From a bacterium (GTDB taxonomy: Bacteria; UBA8248; JACPRG01; G963555815), in NCBI GenBank assembly GCA_965218795.1, contig OZ244653.1:1760001-1824000 (forward strand): DNA of 64,000 nt. Reading direction: 5' to 3'. Positions 52,263-62,440 of the stretch are shown here, one piece after another. The stretch's first letter is position 1. Every line of letters begins with the position of its first letter. Position numbers and translations under genes: made by a program. A model generated the notes under the pieces. That model was not told the origin of the DNA. It worked only from the letters and a program-made list of their open reading frames with translations, and ran no database searches.

Positions 52263-53507
52263 CTAGCCACCCCGGTAGAGGGCCGTCAGGTCCGCCACCA
52301 GACGCTCGATGCCAAAATGTTCCAAGACGTAATCCCGCCCCGCCGTTGCGCGCGTGAGGTTTCGCTCCGGGAGCTCCCGTATCTCGCGAAGGGCAGCCGC
52401 CAATCCCGCGGGATCCCGGGGGGAAACGATCCATCCCCGTTCCGCGGCAGCGAACGATCCCAAAGGGGGATTTCCTTTCTCCCCCCACCCAAGCAGATCG
52501 GGGACGCCTCCCACGCCGGTCGCCACGATCGGACGCGACGCCGCCATCGCCTCGATGAGGGAAACGGGCGTTCCCTCGTTCAGGGAGCAGAGGACGACCG
52601 CGTCCGTTTCGCGATACATCCGGGGAAGGTCGAAACGCCAACCCGCAAAGTGGGCGCGGCCCGTCGGGAGCAGGTCCGCCGCCCGGCGCTCCAGCGAAGA
52701 CCGCAGTTCGCCGTCGCCCACGATCAGAAGGTGGAGGTCCATGCCCTCGTCGATCAACATGCGGCCGGCCTCGAAGAAAGTTTCATGATCCTTGATAGGG
52801 ACCAGGCGGCCGACGGTCCCCGCAACGAACGCCTCGGGAGGAATTCCAAGAGAACGGCGGAATGTCGCATCGCCTCCATCCCCTTTCCCGTATCCCGACC
52901 CGGCGAATTCACTCAACTCCAATCCAAGGGGGACGACACTGATCTTTTCGCGGGACGCGACCCGGAAGCCCTCGAGCTCACCCCGGAGCCCTTCGCTCAG
53001 CGTGATGACGCAGGTCGAAACCGAGGCGAGGATCCGCTCCATCCAACGGAAGACCCGTGTCTTCAACGGGCCAAAATAGCCATGCAGCACATGGCCGTGG
53101 AAGGTATGAAAGATTTTCAGCCCGCGGCCGCCGGGCGTCGTCCAGCGATAGACCCAACCGGCCAGACGGCCCAGGGCGCCGGCCTTGGCCGTATGCGTAT
53201 GGAGGATATCCGGACGCTCTTTGCGAAGAAGGCGAAGGATCTCCCGGAACGCCACCCAGTCGTCGCTCGCCCGGATCTCCCTTCCCAGCTCCGGGATGAA
53301 GAGAAATTCCACGCCGCGGCTCCTGGCGAGGACTTCCATCGTTCCTTCCGTTTCCGACTCGGCGCCCTTGACGAGAATTGTCCGAAAGGGCCCGTCGTTC
53401 ATCTTTTCGGTCAGGTAGATGACATGCCGGGCGGGCCCACCGATGTTCAGGCGGGCAATGACACGGACGATCTTCAGGAGACGCGGGGCGTCAGGCGGCT
53501 TCGTCAT
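52263..53507 (-). CDS. glycosyltransferase family 4
   Basis: IARLNIGGPA, HTHTAKAG, VGRLVPIKD, SLNEGTPVSLIEAMA. Confidence 0.92.
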   Translation of the reverse strand: MTKPPDAPRLLKIVRVIARLNIGGPARHVIYLTEKMNDGPFRTILVKGAESETEGTMEVLARSRGVEFLFIPELGREIRASDDWVAFREILRLLRKERPDILHTHTAKAGALGRLAGWVYRWTTPGGRGLKIFHTFHGHVLHGYFGPLKTRVFRWMERILASVSTCVITLSEGLRGELEGFRVASREKISVVPLGLELSEFAGSGYGKGDGGDATFRRSLGIPPEAFVAGTVGRLVPIKDHETFFEAGRMLIDEGMDLHLLIVGDGELRSSLERRAADLLPTGRAHFAGWRFDLPRMYRETDAVVLCSLNEGTPVSLIEAMAASRPIVATGVGGVPDLLGWGEKGNPPLGSFAAAERGWIVSPRDPAGLAAALREIRELPERNLTRATAGRDYVLEHFGIERLVADLTALYRGG

Positions 53508-53561
53508 CGATCCTTATCGTGGACCCGGTGGGAACGGACAATCTCCGGTCGACTGGATGGA

Positions 53562-54113
53562 TCAGCCCGCGGGGAGAACACCCAGCCAGGAGGCCAATCG
53601 AAAATAGACGAACATCTGTACGAACATAGAGATCAGCCAAATCCCGAACGCGCGGAAGGTGCTGCGGAAATTCAACGACTGCCGAATCGCGATGACATCG
53701 GCCATCATCACCCAAACGAAGCCGATGAAGAAGATCAAACCGGAGATATCGGGAAAGAAGCTGAGAATCAGGATCAGGCCGGGGGCGCTGGAAAAGCCGA
53801 TCGCCCGAAGAACGCCGCCGATCTCTCCCTGGGCGCCGGGTTCGGGAAAGACTTTGGTCCCCAGCCCATAGGCCATGCCGGCGCCCAGGTACCACAACCC
53901 GATGTTCAGGAGAACGTGAATCAGAATGGCCTCGAAACCGTCCGCCTGTCCCAGGGAGGAAGCCAAGGTGGCCAAAACGACGACGGCCATCGCCTGTCCC
54001 GTCGCATCCGCGTCGGCTTTGACCTCATCGAAGAGGGCCGCCTCCAGCTTCGCGGCCCGCCACATCCGGACACCGAAACCGGATTGCTCATCGGTCGATT
54101 CCATGCTCGTCAT
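53562..54113 (-). CDS. Yip1-like membrane protein
   Basis: About five hydrophobic segments; clear paralogue of the next gene (RAAKLE..EVKAD, GFSSAPGLI, AIRQSL). Confidence 0.75.
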   Translation of the reverse strand: MTSMESTDEQSGFGVRMWRAAKLEAALFDEVKADADATGQAMAVVVLATLASSLGQADGFEAILIHVLLNIGLWYLGAGMAYGLGTKVFPEPGAQGEIGGVLRAIGFSSAPGLILILSFFPDISGLIFFIGFVWVMMADVIAIRQSLNFRSTFRAFGIWLISMFVQMFVYFRLASWLGVLPAG

Positions 54114-54255
54114 TTTTCCGGGTGTAGGTCCTTTTCCATTTCTGGACGCTCCTCACGGGGAACCTTCATCCGTTGGAAGACCGGCGGCGATGATGCAAAC
54201 CGGTCTTTCCGCTGACCGAAGCCAGCTGTCAAGGATCGCTGGGAAAACGTGGATG

Positions 54256-54807
54256 CTACACTCCCCGCGAAAATCCTCCTATCAAGCTCATGAGAAGGCC
54301 GAACACGAGAAGCTGGATCACGAAACCGATGACGCAGACGCCGATGGCCCGGCCGGTACTCTTGTAATCAAGGGCCTGACGAATGGCGATGACCATCGCG
54401 ACGATCATCCAGAGGGCCGACACAAAGAAGACGATCGTCCGAATGGGCGGGATGATTCCCAGTACCCGGATAAGGCCCGGCGCGCTGGAAAAACCCGTCG
54501 TGCGCAGGAGTTCGCCGATGTCCGCATTCGTCTGGGGCTCGGGCAGGAGCCGGGTGCCGATCCAGAAGGTCAACAGGGCCCAGACGTACCAAGTAACGAG
54601 GGAGATGAGGGTCTCGATGACCATCCCCCCCAGGCCCATGCGAAATCCGGCCCCGATTCCTGCGGCGAGACTTGCGAGGATGACCGTTCCCATCGCCTGA
54701 GGGAGAGTCTCGATGTCCGCTTCCACTTCTTCGTAGAAATTCACTTCCAGCCTAGCGGCCCGGACGAGGCGTTCACCGAACCTCGACCACATCCCGGCTG
54801 TTTCCAT
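54256..54807 (-). CDS. Yip1-like membrane protein
   Basis: RAARLEVNFYEEVEAD, LLRTTGFSSAPGLIR, AIRQALDYKSTGRA; GGGAG RBS. Confidence 0.8.
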   Translation of the reverse strand: METAGMWSRFGERLVRAARLEVNFYEEVEADIETLPQAMGTVILASLAAGIGAGFRMGLGGMVIETLISLVTWYVWALLTFWIGTRLLPEPQTNADIGELLRTTGFSSAPGLIRVLGIIPPIRTIVFFVSALWMIVAMVIAIRQALDYKSTGRAIGVCVIGFVIQLLVFGLLMSLIGGFSRGV

Positions 54808-54925
54808 ATCGAATCTCCCTTGACGTTGACTCAAATCCCGTTGCACCGAGGCTATCCCAGACGAGAACCCGAATCAATCGGTTCTCCGCGGGCGCTCCCT
54901 GTTGATCGATTCACCCTTTCCGGCG

Positions 54926-55958
54926 TCAATGGGCCGCCGTATCGGACACCACATTCAATACGATGACGCCGGAAACGATGAGACCGATGCCCGCCCAGGC
55001 CAGGAGAAACCGCGTCCGGCGCTTCCTTACCGTAGGGCCAGAACGGCCCCGGCCAGTACCAGCGAATATGCGCTGAAGGCAAACATCTTCTCGCCCAAGC
55101 GAGTGAGAAAGATCAGTCGGTAGAACTTTGGACGCAGAAGATACTCGAAGCCGACGGGTTTGTCGTTTCTGAGCCAGACGCCGCCCTTCAGGCCCGTTTG
55201 GGCCTTGGAGCCAATGTATCCGCGTACCACAGAAGCGGAGCGACAAATCCCAGAACCAGAAGCAACTCCAACCGGATATCCCGGAACCCCTTCCACCCGA
55301 GATGAGCCTTGGACAACCAGAGCGCCGGAAGCACCAGATACAGGGCAGTGGCCTTGATTCCCACAGCCAACGCAAACCAGAGGGCGGCCAGCCAGCCGTC
55401 GCGTTTCGACGGTCGCCCCACCTTCCCCAATGGAAAACACCGCCCACGGATAAGAACAGCAGCGCGGATTCGGGCATGAACGTCCAGGTATAGTACACTG
55501 CCATGGGCAGGACAGCGAACAGGCCAACCGCCACCAGGGCAGCCACACGATTCAGGTATTCTTTGCCGAGGGCGTAGAGGTACCTCGTCGTCCCCATGGC
55601 GAAGAGGGCCGCAACGAGCCGCCCAAGCCATTCCTTGGTACCGAAGAACTGGTAAACGAGGGCCACGCAGGTAGGGAAAAACCTGAAACTCGAATTCGAA
55701 GTGGGGCTGCAGGTCGTCCAGCCGCGGCGCGATGATGCTCATCCCGTCACGGAGGAAGTTTCGTGCAACCATCGCCGTAAGGGTCTGCCGCCAGGCATGG
55801 AAATCCAGCAGGGAATTGAGCAGTCCCCACATCCGGAAGGCGAACCCCGCCGCAAAGATGAGAATCAGCGCCAGCGCAATTCTTCGGTCATCTCGCCGGT
55901 CAACGAAATCATTGGCCGCTTCCGACAATCTGGTTTTCGCGGGGTCGTTTTGAGCCAT
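54926..55958 (-). pseudogene. ArnT/PMT (GT39/GT83)-like glycosyltransferase pseudogene with several frameshifts, ending in an SMR-transporter-like tail
   Basis: DFHAWRQTLTAMVARNF, then GRLVAALF...TFMPES in a second frame, WLAALWFALAVGIK back in the first frame, then a third frame; final residues GIGLIVSGVIVLNVVSDTAAH. Confidence 0.75.
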
Positions 55959-55961
55959 GCC

Positions 55962-57956
55962 TCAGATCACCCGCTCATTCCCCCCGTCCACGGGGACTTG
56001 AGCCCCGGTGGTCTTGGCAAAGAGCGGTCCGCACATCTCAGCGGCCAGCTCAGCCACATCCTGGCTGGTCACGTCGGTATGCAGTACGTTGTTCTTCTTG
56101 TATTCATCAACGCCGAGGCCGTAGTTCTTCGCCCGCGACCGCAGCACTTGGGGCGTCCAGAGGCCGGTATCGAAAACGGCGTCGGGATGAAGGGTGTTGA
56201 CCCGGATGCCGTCACTCCCCCACTCCAGCGCGGCGACGCGCATCAGCTGGTTGACGGCGGCCTTGGCCGAGGAGTACGCCGCGGCCCCGGGACCGGGGGC
56301 GGTTACATTCTTGGAGCCGACGATCACGACGCGTCCGCCCTGTGGGGCCAGCTGTAAGAGGGGGTGGCACTCGCGGAGGAGGGCCAGGTTCGCATCGAGG
56401 TTGACGGCCATCACCCGCCGCCAATCCGCGTCGGAGAGCTCCGCGAGTTTCCGACTCTCGGGAAAGATCCCCGCATTGAGGATCAGCATGTCCAGACCGC
56501 CGAAGCGCCGAATCCCTTTCTCGAGGGAAGGCAGAACGGCTTTGGAGTCCGTCACATCGCATTGAATCCCGAGGAAATCAGATCGGGGAGGAGCGGCTTC
56601 GATGCCCGGGTCCAGGTCCAGGGCGATGACCGCAGCGCCGCGGCTCATCATCGATTTCGCGCAGGCTTGGCCGATCCCCGACGCCGCCCCGGTCACCAGG
56701 GCGACCTCGCCGGTGAACCCCTGAGGCGCGCCGCCCCGCCGCTGCTTGGCCTGTTCCAGATCCCAGTACTCCACCTGGAAGAATTTCCCGGCCGACAGGG
56801 ACCGATACCCGCCGAGGGCCGTCGCTCGCAGGATGATCTCCACCGTATGCCGATAGATGTCCGCCGCGATGTCGGCATCCTTCGCGGTCCTGCCGGCCGT
56901 ACACAGTCCGAATTCCGGATCGAGGATCACGCGCGGCGCGGGGTCGATCATGGTGAGGTGCTGTTTGGCCTTCGATGCATGCGCGGAAAAGTACTTTTCG
57001 TATGCCCTCCGGTATGCATCGACACCGCGGCCCAGGAGGGGTAACCGCTTGGTGCGGAGGACATGTTCCGGCGTCGCCGGTCCCTGCCGGGAGATCCGGC
57101 GGACATCCTCTCGGCGGGCAAAATCCAAAGCCTCGGGGTTATCGCAAACGGAGAGAATGAGCGGATACCCGGCAACCCGGGAGAGCGAATGGCGAAGCTT
57201 GGCCAGATTCAGCCGCGTCGGCGATTTTCGAGGCTGACGTTTCGCGGACGCTCGGGCGGCCGTCAGCTTCCAGGCGCCCTGTTTCTTCAGGTATCTCTCC
57301 GCCTCGTCGACGAGGCGTATCATCCTGTCGTAGGCTTCCTTCGCCGTTTCTCCAAACGAAAAGATCCCATGATGCATGAGAACGAGGCCAAGGGTCTTCT
57401 CCCCGGCCTCCCGGGGGAAACGCTCCGCCACGACACGGGCCAAATCGAATCCCGGCATAACGTAAGGGATGATGACGACTGAATCGCCGTAGATGGCCTG
57501 AACCCGTTTCCGGCCGCTCACCGAGTTGGTGACTGTCACGACAGCATCGGCGTGGGTGTGATCAACGAACTTGTATGGAAGGACGGCGTGCAGGATCGTT
57601 TCCACCGAAGGCGCCGGCGCGGACGCTCGAGTCATATGGGTCTTGAGCTCGTTCACCATGTCCGGATCGGAAAGGGATTTCAGCTTTGCCAGTTTGAGCA
57701 AATGGTCCATCCGTACGGGGGCAAACCCTTCTTCTTCAATGGAAGCGAGATCCCGCCCGCTCCCCTTCACGTAAAGGATCGATTCCTCCTCGCCCAACAG
57801 GTTTTTCTCGCGAACCTTGACCGACGTGTTCCCCCCGCCGTGCATCACCAACGACTCGTCCCGGCCCAGCAGCCGGGAGGTATACACCCGCAGGCCCAGG
57901 TCCCCCGACCGCTTGGCGAACTTCGCCGCCTCCCCGTCGTTCCAGAGACTTCTCAT
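55962..57956 (-). CDS. bifunctional class II aldolase / short-chain dehydrogenase (rhamnulose-1-phosphate aldolase-SDR type)
   Basis: VMHGGGNTSVK, PSVETILH, VDHTHAD, EYWDLEQAK, TGAASGIG, YSSAK, VDGGNERVI. Confidence 0.92.
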   Translation of the reverse strand: MRSLWNDGEAAKFAKRSGDLGLRVYTSRLLGRDESLVMHGGGNTSVKVREKNLLGEEESILYVKGSGRDLASIEEEGFAPVRMDHLLKLAKLKSLSDPDMVNELKTHMTRASAPAPSVETILHAVLPYKFVDHTHADAVVTVTNSVSGRKRVQAIYGDSVVIIPYVMPGFDLARVVAERFPREAGEKTLGLVLMHHGIFSFGETAKEAYDRMIRLVDEAERYLKKQGAWKLTAARASAKRQPRKSPTRLNLAKLRHSLSRVAGYPLILSVCDNPEALDFARREDVRRISRQGPATPEHVLRTKRLPLLGRGVDAYRRAYEKYFSAHASKAKQHLTMIDPAPRVILDPEFGLCTAGRTAKDADIAADIYRHTVEIILRATALGGYRSLSAGKFFQVEYWDLEQAKQRRGGAPQGFTGEVALVTGAASGIGQACAKSMMSRGAAVIALDLDPGIEAAPPRSDFLGIQCDVTDSKAVLPSLEKGIRRFGGLDMLILNAGIFPESRKLAELSDADWRRVMAVNLDANLALLRECHPLLQLAPQGGRVVIVGSKNVTAPGPGAAAYSSAKAAVNQLMRVAALEWGSDGIRVNTLHPDAVFDTGLWTPQVLRSRAKNYGLGVDEYKKNNVLHTDVTSQDVAELAAEMCGPLFAKTTGAQVPVDGGNERVI

Positions 57957-58124
57957 GCCGTCTTCCTTCGGTCTATCCGTTGGTCTCCGGGAGCAGCATC
58001 CAGCGCGTGAGGAATCAGGCCGGGGTCGCGGCTGCGCCCCGACAGCAAGCTCCGAAAACCTGAAAGAGAGGGGATTCGTACTGACCCGGCCCTGTTGAGC
58101 ACTGTTCGCTCCTCTCCTGCACCC

Positions 58125-59063
58125 TCAATTCGGCAGCAGCGATTTTTCGACCATGGCGTGAACCCCTTTGTGCCCGTTCACCACCTGCGTGATCCGAACA
58201 TCCACGGCGCAGGTGCAAAAAACATAGGCGTCTTCGCGGCTGAGCCCATGATCGTTGCTCAAAAAATCAATCATCTCCCGGAGCGCGGTTTTCATGGCGT
58301 CGTCCAGATCCGTATCGAATCCCATCGTAAGCCAGTGGGTGGGCGTCTCGGCCCGCGGGAGCTTCAGGGTCATGTCCTTGCGGACAGTCAGCCGAAAGGT
58401 CCCGTCCATTGAAGTTTCAATCGCCGTTTGATTCACCTCTCCGTCTCCCTGGCTGCCGTGTCCATCTCCCACGGAGAAACAGGCCCCCTCCTTCCATATG
58501 GGAAGGTATACCGTCGAACCGGCCACGATCTCCTTGTTATCGAGGTTTCCACCGTGAACATGGGGCGGATTGCTCGGAATCTCCCCCAGGGCCTCCGGCG
58601 GGGAGACGGCGATCTGTCCGAAAAAAGGCCGAAGCGGGACCTTCCAGCCGGGGGCAATCTCCGCGGTCATCGCGGACCGGTCCAGATCGATCACCCGGCC
58701 GGCGTTATAAGGGAAATCCTCCGGAAGGGCTCCACCCATGGAACGCAACAAGTTGTATCCCCAACCGCACGCGAGGTGGATATCCTCGACGGAAACCTCC
58801 AGTACGTCTCCCGGCTCCGCTCCTTCGACGTCGATAGGCCCCGACAGGATATGCGGCCCCGGTCCTTTTCGGGCGTTACTCAGGATGTCGTGAATCCCGT
58901 CGGGAATCCGATCGGGATCCTCCGGGAGAAAGTTCGGGTGCGCAGAAACGGTATGAACGATGACACGGTCGCCGGAGGCCACCTTCAGAACCGGCTCGGT
59001 CTTGTGATCGTAATAGCCGTAATGGACCGTTTCCGAAGAAGCCGGCAGTTCATGCGTTTTCAT
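58125..59063 (-). CDS. acetamidase/formamidase family protein
   Basis: GPHILSGPIDVEGAEPGD, HGGNLDN, SVGDGHGSQGDGEV, TAIE. Confidence 0.92.
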   Translation of the reverse strand: MKTHELPASSETVHYGYYDHKTEPVLKVASGDRVIVHTVSAHPNFLPEDPDRIPDGIHDILSNARKGPGPHILSGPIDVEGAEPGDVLEVSVEDIHLACGWGYNLLRSMGGALPEDFPYNAGRVIDLDRSAMTAEIAPGWKVPLRPFFGQIAVSPPEALGEIPSNPPHVHGGNLDNKEIVAGSTVYLPIWKEGACFSVGDGHGSQGDGEVNQTAIETSMDGTFRLTVRKDMTLKLPRAETPTHWLTMGFDTDLDDAMKTALREMIDFLSNDHGLSREDAYVFCTCAVDVRITQVVNGHKGVHAMVEKSLLPN

Positions 59064-59084
59064 CGGATGCCTCTCCCATAGATT

Positions 59085-60071
59085 TCAGTCGTTCAAACCG
59101 AACAGCGCCGCCGCATTTTCCCCCAACACCTTTTCCTCCGCCTCCTGACCGAGCGCCGCGCCCCGAACGTCGCCTACGGGGTTGGGCGGAGTCATGTCGT
59201 ACGGATAATCGCTTCCCAGGTACACGCGCTCCGAACCCATTTCCTCCACGAGGTAAGCAATCGCTGGAGAATGGTAGACGAGGCTATCGTAGCCGATCCG
59301 CCGGAGAAGTTCGCTCGGGGATTGCTGAATGTTCTCTTGGTTCTCCGCCGATATTGAGTAAATCTGGTTCCAACGGCCTTGAAGATAGGGAACCGTACCT
59401 CCCCCGTGAGCGAAGATCCATTGGATCCCCGGAAACCGTTCGAACGCTCCGCTGAAAAGCAGATTCCCGATGCATAAGGAGGTTTCCAGCGGAAATCCGA
59501 CCCCGTTCCACATCCGGTAATCCCGCATCCGCTCGACTCCCGCCGGCGCGATAGGGTGCACGAAGACGGCCATGCCGGAAGCGTCCAGGGCCTCATAGAG
59601 TGGAGCAAAGGCCTGCGATCCCAGATATACTTCGTTGACGTTGGAGGGCAGCATGACGCCGGGAAGCCCGAGCGCCTTGACCTTTTCGAGCTCCGAAACC
59701 GCCCGATCGATCGCCTGAACCGGCAGGACTCCCATCCCGATGAATTTCTCAGGATGCGCCTTCATGAGCTCGGCGTAAGCATCGTTGCTCGCACGGCAAA
59801 GCTCCACGGCAAGGCCCGGATCCGCAAACAGAACATTCGGGCGTGAAGAATGGTGGATCACCTGAAGGTCCACCCCCATGGCTTCCATGTCCCCCAGCCG
59901 GATCTCGATGTCGTAGAAGGCCCTCAATGGCGGATGGAGGATTCCTTGAAGCCGCAACTCCCGGTCTCCATCCCGGTTCCAGGTCAACTCGACTCCGTAC
60001 CTGCCTCCTTCCCGCTCGATCAGGTCCAGATAGGCCTCGGGGAAAAAATGCGTATGGACGTCGATGATCAT
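59085..60071 (-). CDS. amidohydrolase-2 family protein (ACMSD/non-oxidative decarboxylase-like)
   Basis: IIDVHTH, VFVHP, AHGGGTVP, LGSDYPYDM. Confidence 0.9.
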   Translation of the reverse strand: MIIDVHTHFFPEAYLDLIEREGGRYGVELTWNRDGDRELRLQGILHPPLRAFYDIEIRLGDMEAMGVDLQVIHHSSRPNVLFADPGLAVELCRASNDAYAELMKAHPEKFIGMGVLPVQAIDRAVSELEKVKALGLPGVMLPSNVNEVYLGSQAFAPLYEALDASGMAVFVHPIAPAGVERMRDYRMWNGVGFPLETSLCIGNLLFSGAFERFPGIQWIFAHGGGTVPYLQGRWNQIYSISAENQENIQQSPSELLRRIGYDSLVYHSPAIAYLVEEMGSERVYLGSDYPYDMTPPNPVGDVRGAALGQEAEEKVLGENAAALFGLND

Positions 60072-60419
60072 TTCTTCGTCCTGATCATGATGGGTATTGC
60101 GGACGCGGTGCGGACCCTGCCGAACCCGCGGACGCCTCCTGGGGTCGTCCCCCGCAGCGGAGAGGGTCCAGCCTGAAACCCCCTGCCCCCGTCTTCATTG
60201 AGGTTGCCGGAAAATCGCCTTACAATGCAAGCCGACGGCAAAGCAGGAGTTCCATGCCCGCCCCACACCCAACAGGAGAGGAAAGCGAGCCGGGAACAGA
60301 CGGAACGGATCGAACCTCCCGTTCTTCCTCTCATCCCGGTTCCACCGTCCGTCCTCTGTCTCACGGCAAAATACTCGTCGGAACGGCCGGCTGGTCTCTG
60401 GCTTTATAGGAGTACGGTA

Positions 60420-60968
60420 ATGGCGTTTCTTATCTTCGAGCGTATTTATGGGAACGGAGGAGCCGTTGTGCTCCGACCGACAGGAGAGTCTTTTCGCCTA
60501 GTCGGCTATAACCTCATTTATAAAGCTTGGGAAGAACGCGGTCAACCGATAGACCAAGGTTGGCACGTGTCTGCCGCTGAGTTAATCCAAATCGACAGTA
60601 AAGATCTCCAGACGTATGACACAAGGCGAATGGTGATCGACTTCATCCCAATGCACCGGTGGCGTATCGGCCTTATCGAGTTACTGGACGTATATGCTTA
60701 TACATGGGGGGACGACGATGCCGGGCAGGTCTTTTGGACACCTCTGATGCTACGCATGCGAGATGTGTACTACGAAGAATACGAGTCTGAAATCACAGCC
60801 CAGCGGAAGAGCGAAATCATGCAGCAGCTGCCGGAGCCTGGTGACGACACCCCTGACTTCGTAGAATTCCTATATCTCCAGCACAACTGGAACTGGGGTA
60901 AGAATGGGATGACAAACGCCGCATTCCTTCGGGGTGAAGCTCGTGCGTACTTCCGTGAATTTTTCTGA
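60420..60968 (+). CDS. hypothetical protein (182 aa), lower GC
   Basis: AGGAG RBS before ATG 60420; Trp/Tyr-rich protein-like sequence; visibly more AT-rich than its neighbours. Confidence 0.7.
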   Translation: MAFLIFERIYGNGGAVVLRPTGESFRLVGYNLIYKAWEERGQPIDQGWHVSAAELIQIDSKDLQTYDTRRMVIDFIPMHRWRIGLIELLDVYAYTWGDDDAGQVFWTPLMLRMRDVYYEEYESEITAQRKSEIMQQLPEPGDDTPDFVEFLYLQHNWNWGKNGMTNAAFLRGEARAYFREFF

Positions 60969-61248
60969 TTCGTCCTCTCAACCATCTTCCCGAACAAATG
61001 ATATCTTGCAAAGGGGAAACGAGAGCCCCCGGATCACAGAGGGGAGGAGCCGTGACAACGGCAGAGAAGGTGGATTCCCGTCCCCGTCTTAAGACATTCG
61101 GTGGCAGGCCGGCGGGAAGGACAGTGGGGGGTACGTGACGCTGTTCCGTTATTCCTGCCCCCTGCCGGATACATGCAGGGGCAGCCCGCGGGAAGGACGG
61201 ATTGGGGCGGCACGTGGTTTGGGGATGCCTCGTCAAGCGTTCCTTTTC

Positions 61249-61276
61249 CTGGATTCCTGCGCAAGCAGGAATCCAG
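61249..61276. repeat. REP-like perfect palindrome
   Basis: CTGGATTCCTGC-GCAA-GCAGGAATCCAG (12-bp stem). Confidence 0.65.
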
Positions 61277-61338
61277 ACAAGATAGGACGGGTTGTGAGAA
61301 AAGGCCCTGCACACGTACCTGAAGACGCCTCGCCAAGA

Positions 61339-61447
61339 CGCCTCGTCGAGTTCTACAACACCGAGCGTCCTCATCAGGGCTGTCGCAACATGGACAGCCG
61401 GCCCATCGTCACGGTCAGGAAGCTTATCCAACCTGTGAGGAATGAAA
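61339..61447 (+). pseudogene. IS481-like integrase core C-terminal remnant
   Basis: LVEFYNTERPHQGCRNMDSRPIVTV. Confidence 0.6.
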
Positions 61448-61845
61448 CCTGGTCATACAGATAACCGCTTGCTGATGAGGCGGGGCAAGGACAACGTGAA
61501 GAAGGGCATCGATGATACGGCCGACCCGATGGACACGAATCGGTATTCGCGTCGAACTCGTGAGGCAGAGCGACAGGATTCCGTTGGGTCCCCGCGCTTT
61601 TCGGGATTCGAACATCACGACCCCGCAAGTGGTTTGGCATGAATCAGGGCACGGATAAGGTCTCAGTGGGGGAAATTCAATCCAGGAAGATTGACTCTTG
61701 CCCTCCCTGCCCCGAATGATTATGTTTATTCAATCAAGAAGATGATCCCCGAAGGTTGAATGCCGTCAACCTTCAGCGGCTCCTTCCGGCCCCTGCCCGA
61801 ACCTCCGGGGGGAAATCCCCCCCTTTCCCGTCTTGAGGAGGCGAG

Positions 61846-62358
61846 ATGACAGACCTTCATGTGAGCTGGTCGGAATATAACGGAAAAATTGAAGAGCTGG
61901 CCTGTCAAATTCGAGACAGCGGCTGGAAATTCAACCAAATCATTTGCATCGCCAAGGGCGGTCTGCGAATCGGGGACATCTTCTGCCGTCTGTTCAACCA
62001 ACCCCTCGGGATCCTGTCGGTGGAATCATACGGCGGCGACATGAACGACGAGCGCGGAAACATCATCTTCTCCCGAGACCTGGCCAAGACAACCCCCAAT
62101 CTGGGCTCCCATGTCCTGGTGGTGGACGACTTGGTGGACTCAGGGGTCACACTCCGAAAAGGCATTGAATGGCTGCAACATTTCTACGGATTCTACATCG
62201 AAGAAATCCGCTCCGCAGTCTTGTGGTACAAGGCCGATTCCGACATCGAACCGGATTTCTACGTTGATTTCCTGGAAGACTCGCCCTGGATACATCAGCC
62301 ATTTGAGAAATACGAGCGGATGAGTATCGAGGAGCTGAGTCCGGAAGCCCTGGCCTAG
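61846..62358 (+). CDS. type I phosphoribosyltransferase (xanthine/guanine PRT-like)
   Basis: IICIAKGGL, PRPP motif VLVVDDLVDSGVT, WIHQPFE; GAGGAGG RBS. Confidence 0.9.
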   Translation: MTDLHVSWSEYNGKIEELACQIRDSGWKFNQIICIAKGGLRIGDIFCRLFNQPLGILSVESYGGDMNDERGNIIFSRDLAKTTPNLGSHVLVVDDLVDSGVTLRKGIEWLQHFYGFYIEEIRSAVLWYKADSDIEPDFYVDFLEDSPWIHQPFEKYERMSIEELSPEALA

Positions 62359-62440
62359 AAACCCATTCGGGCTGGATAGAACGGCGGTTTTCCGCGTGTC
62401 GAAATTCACGCGCCGGAAGGCGTTTTGTCCAGCATGAGAC

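Noticed and set aside
52227-54215. 662-aa plus-strand ORF, and similar long antisense ORFs (31738-33387, 33548-35068, 44926-46230, 28778-30112)
   Set aside because: Shadows of well-supported genes on the opposite strand; expected in high-GC DNA; no recognisable motifs.
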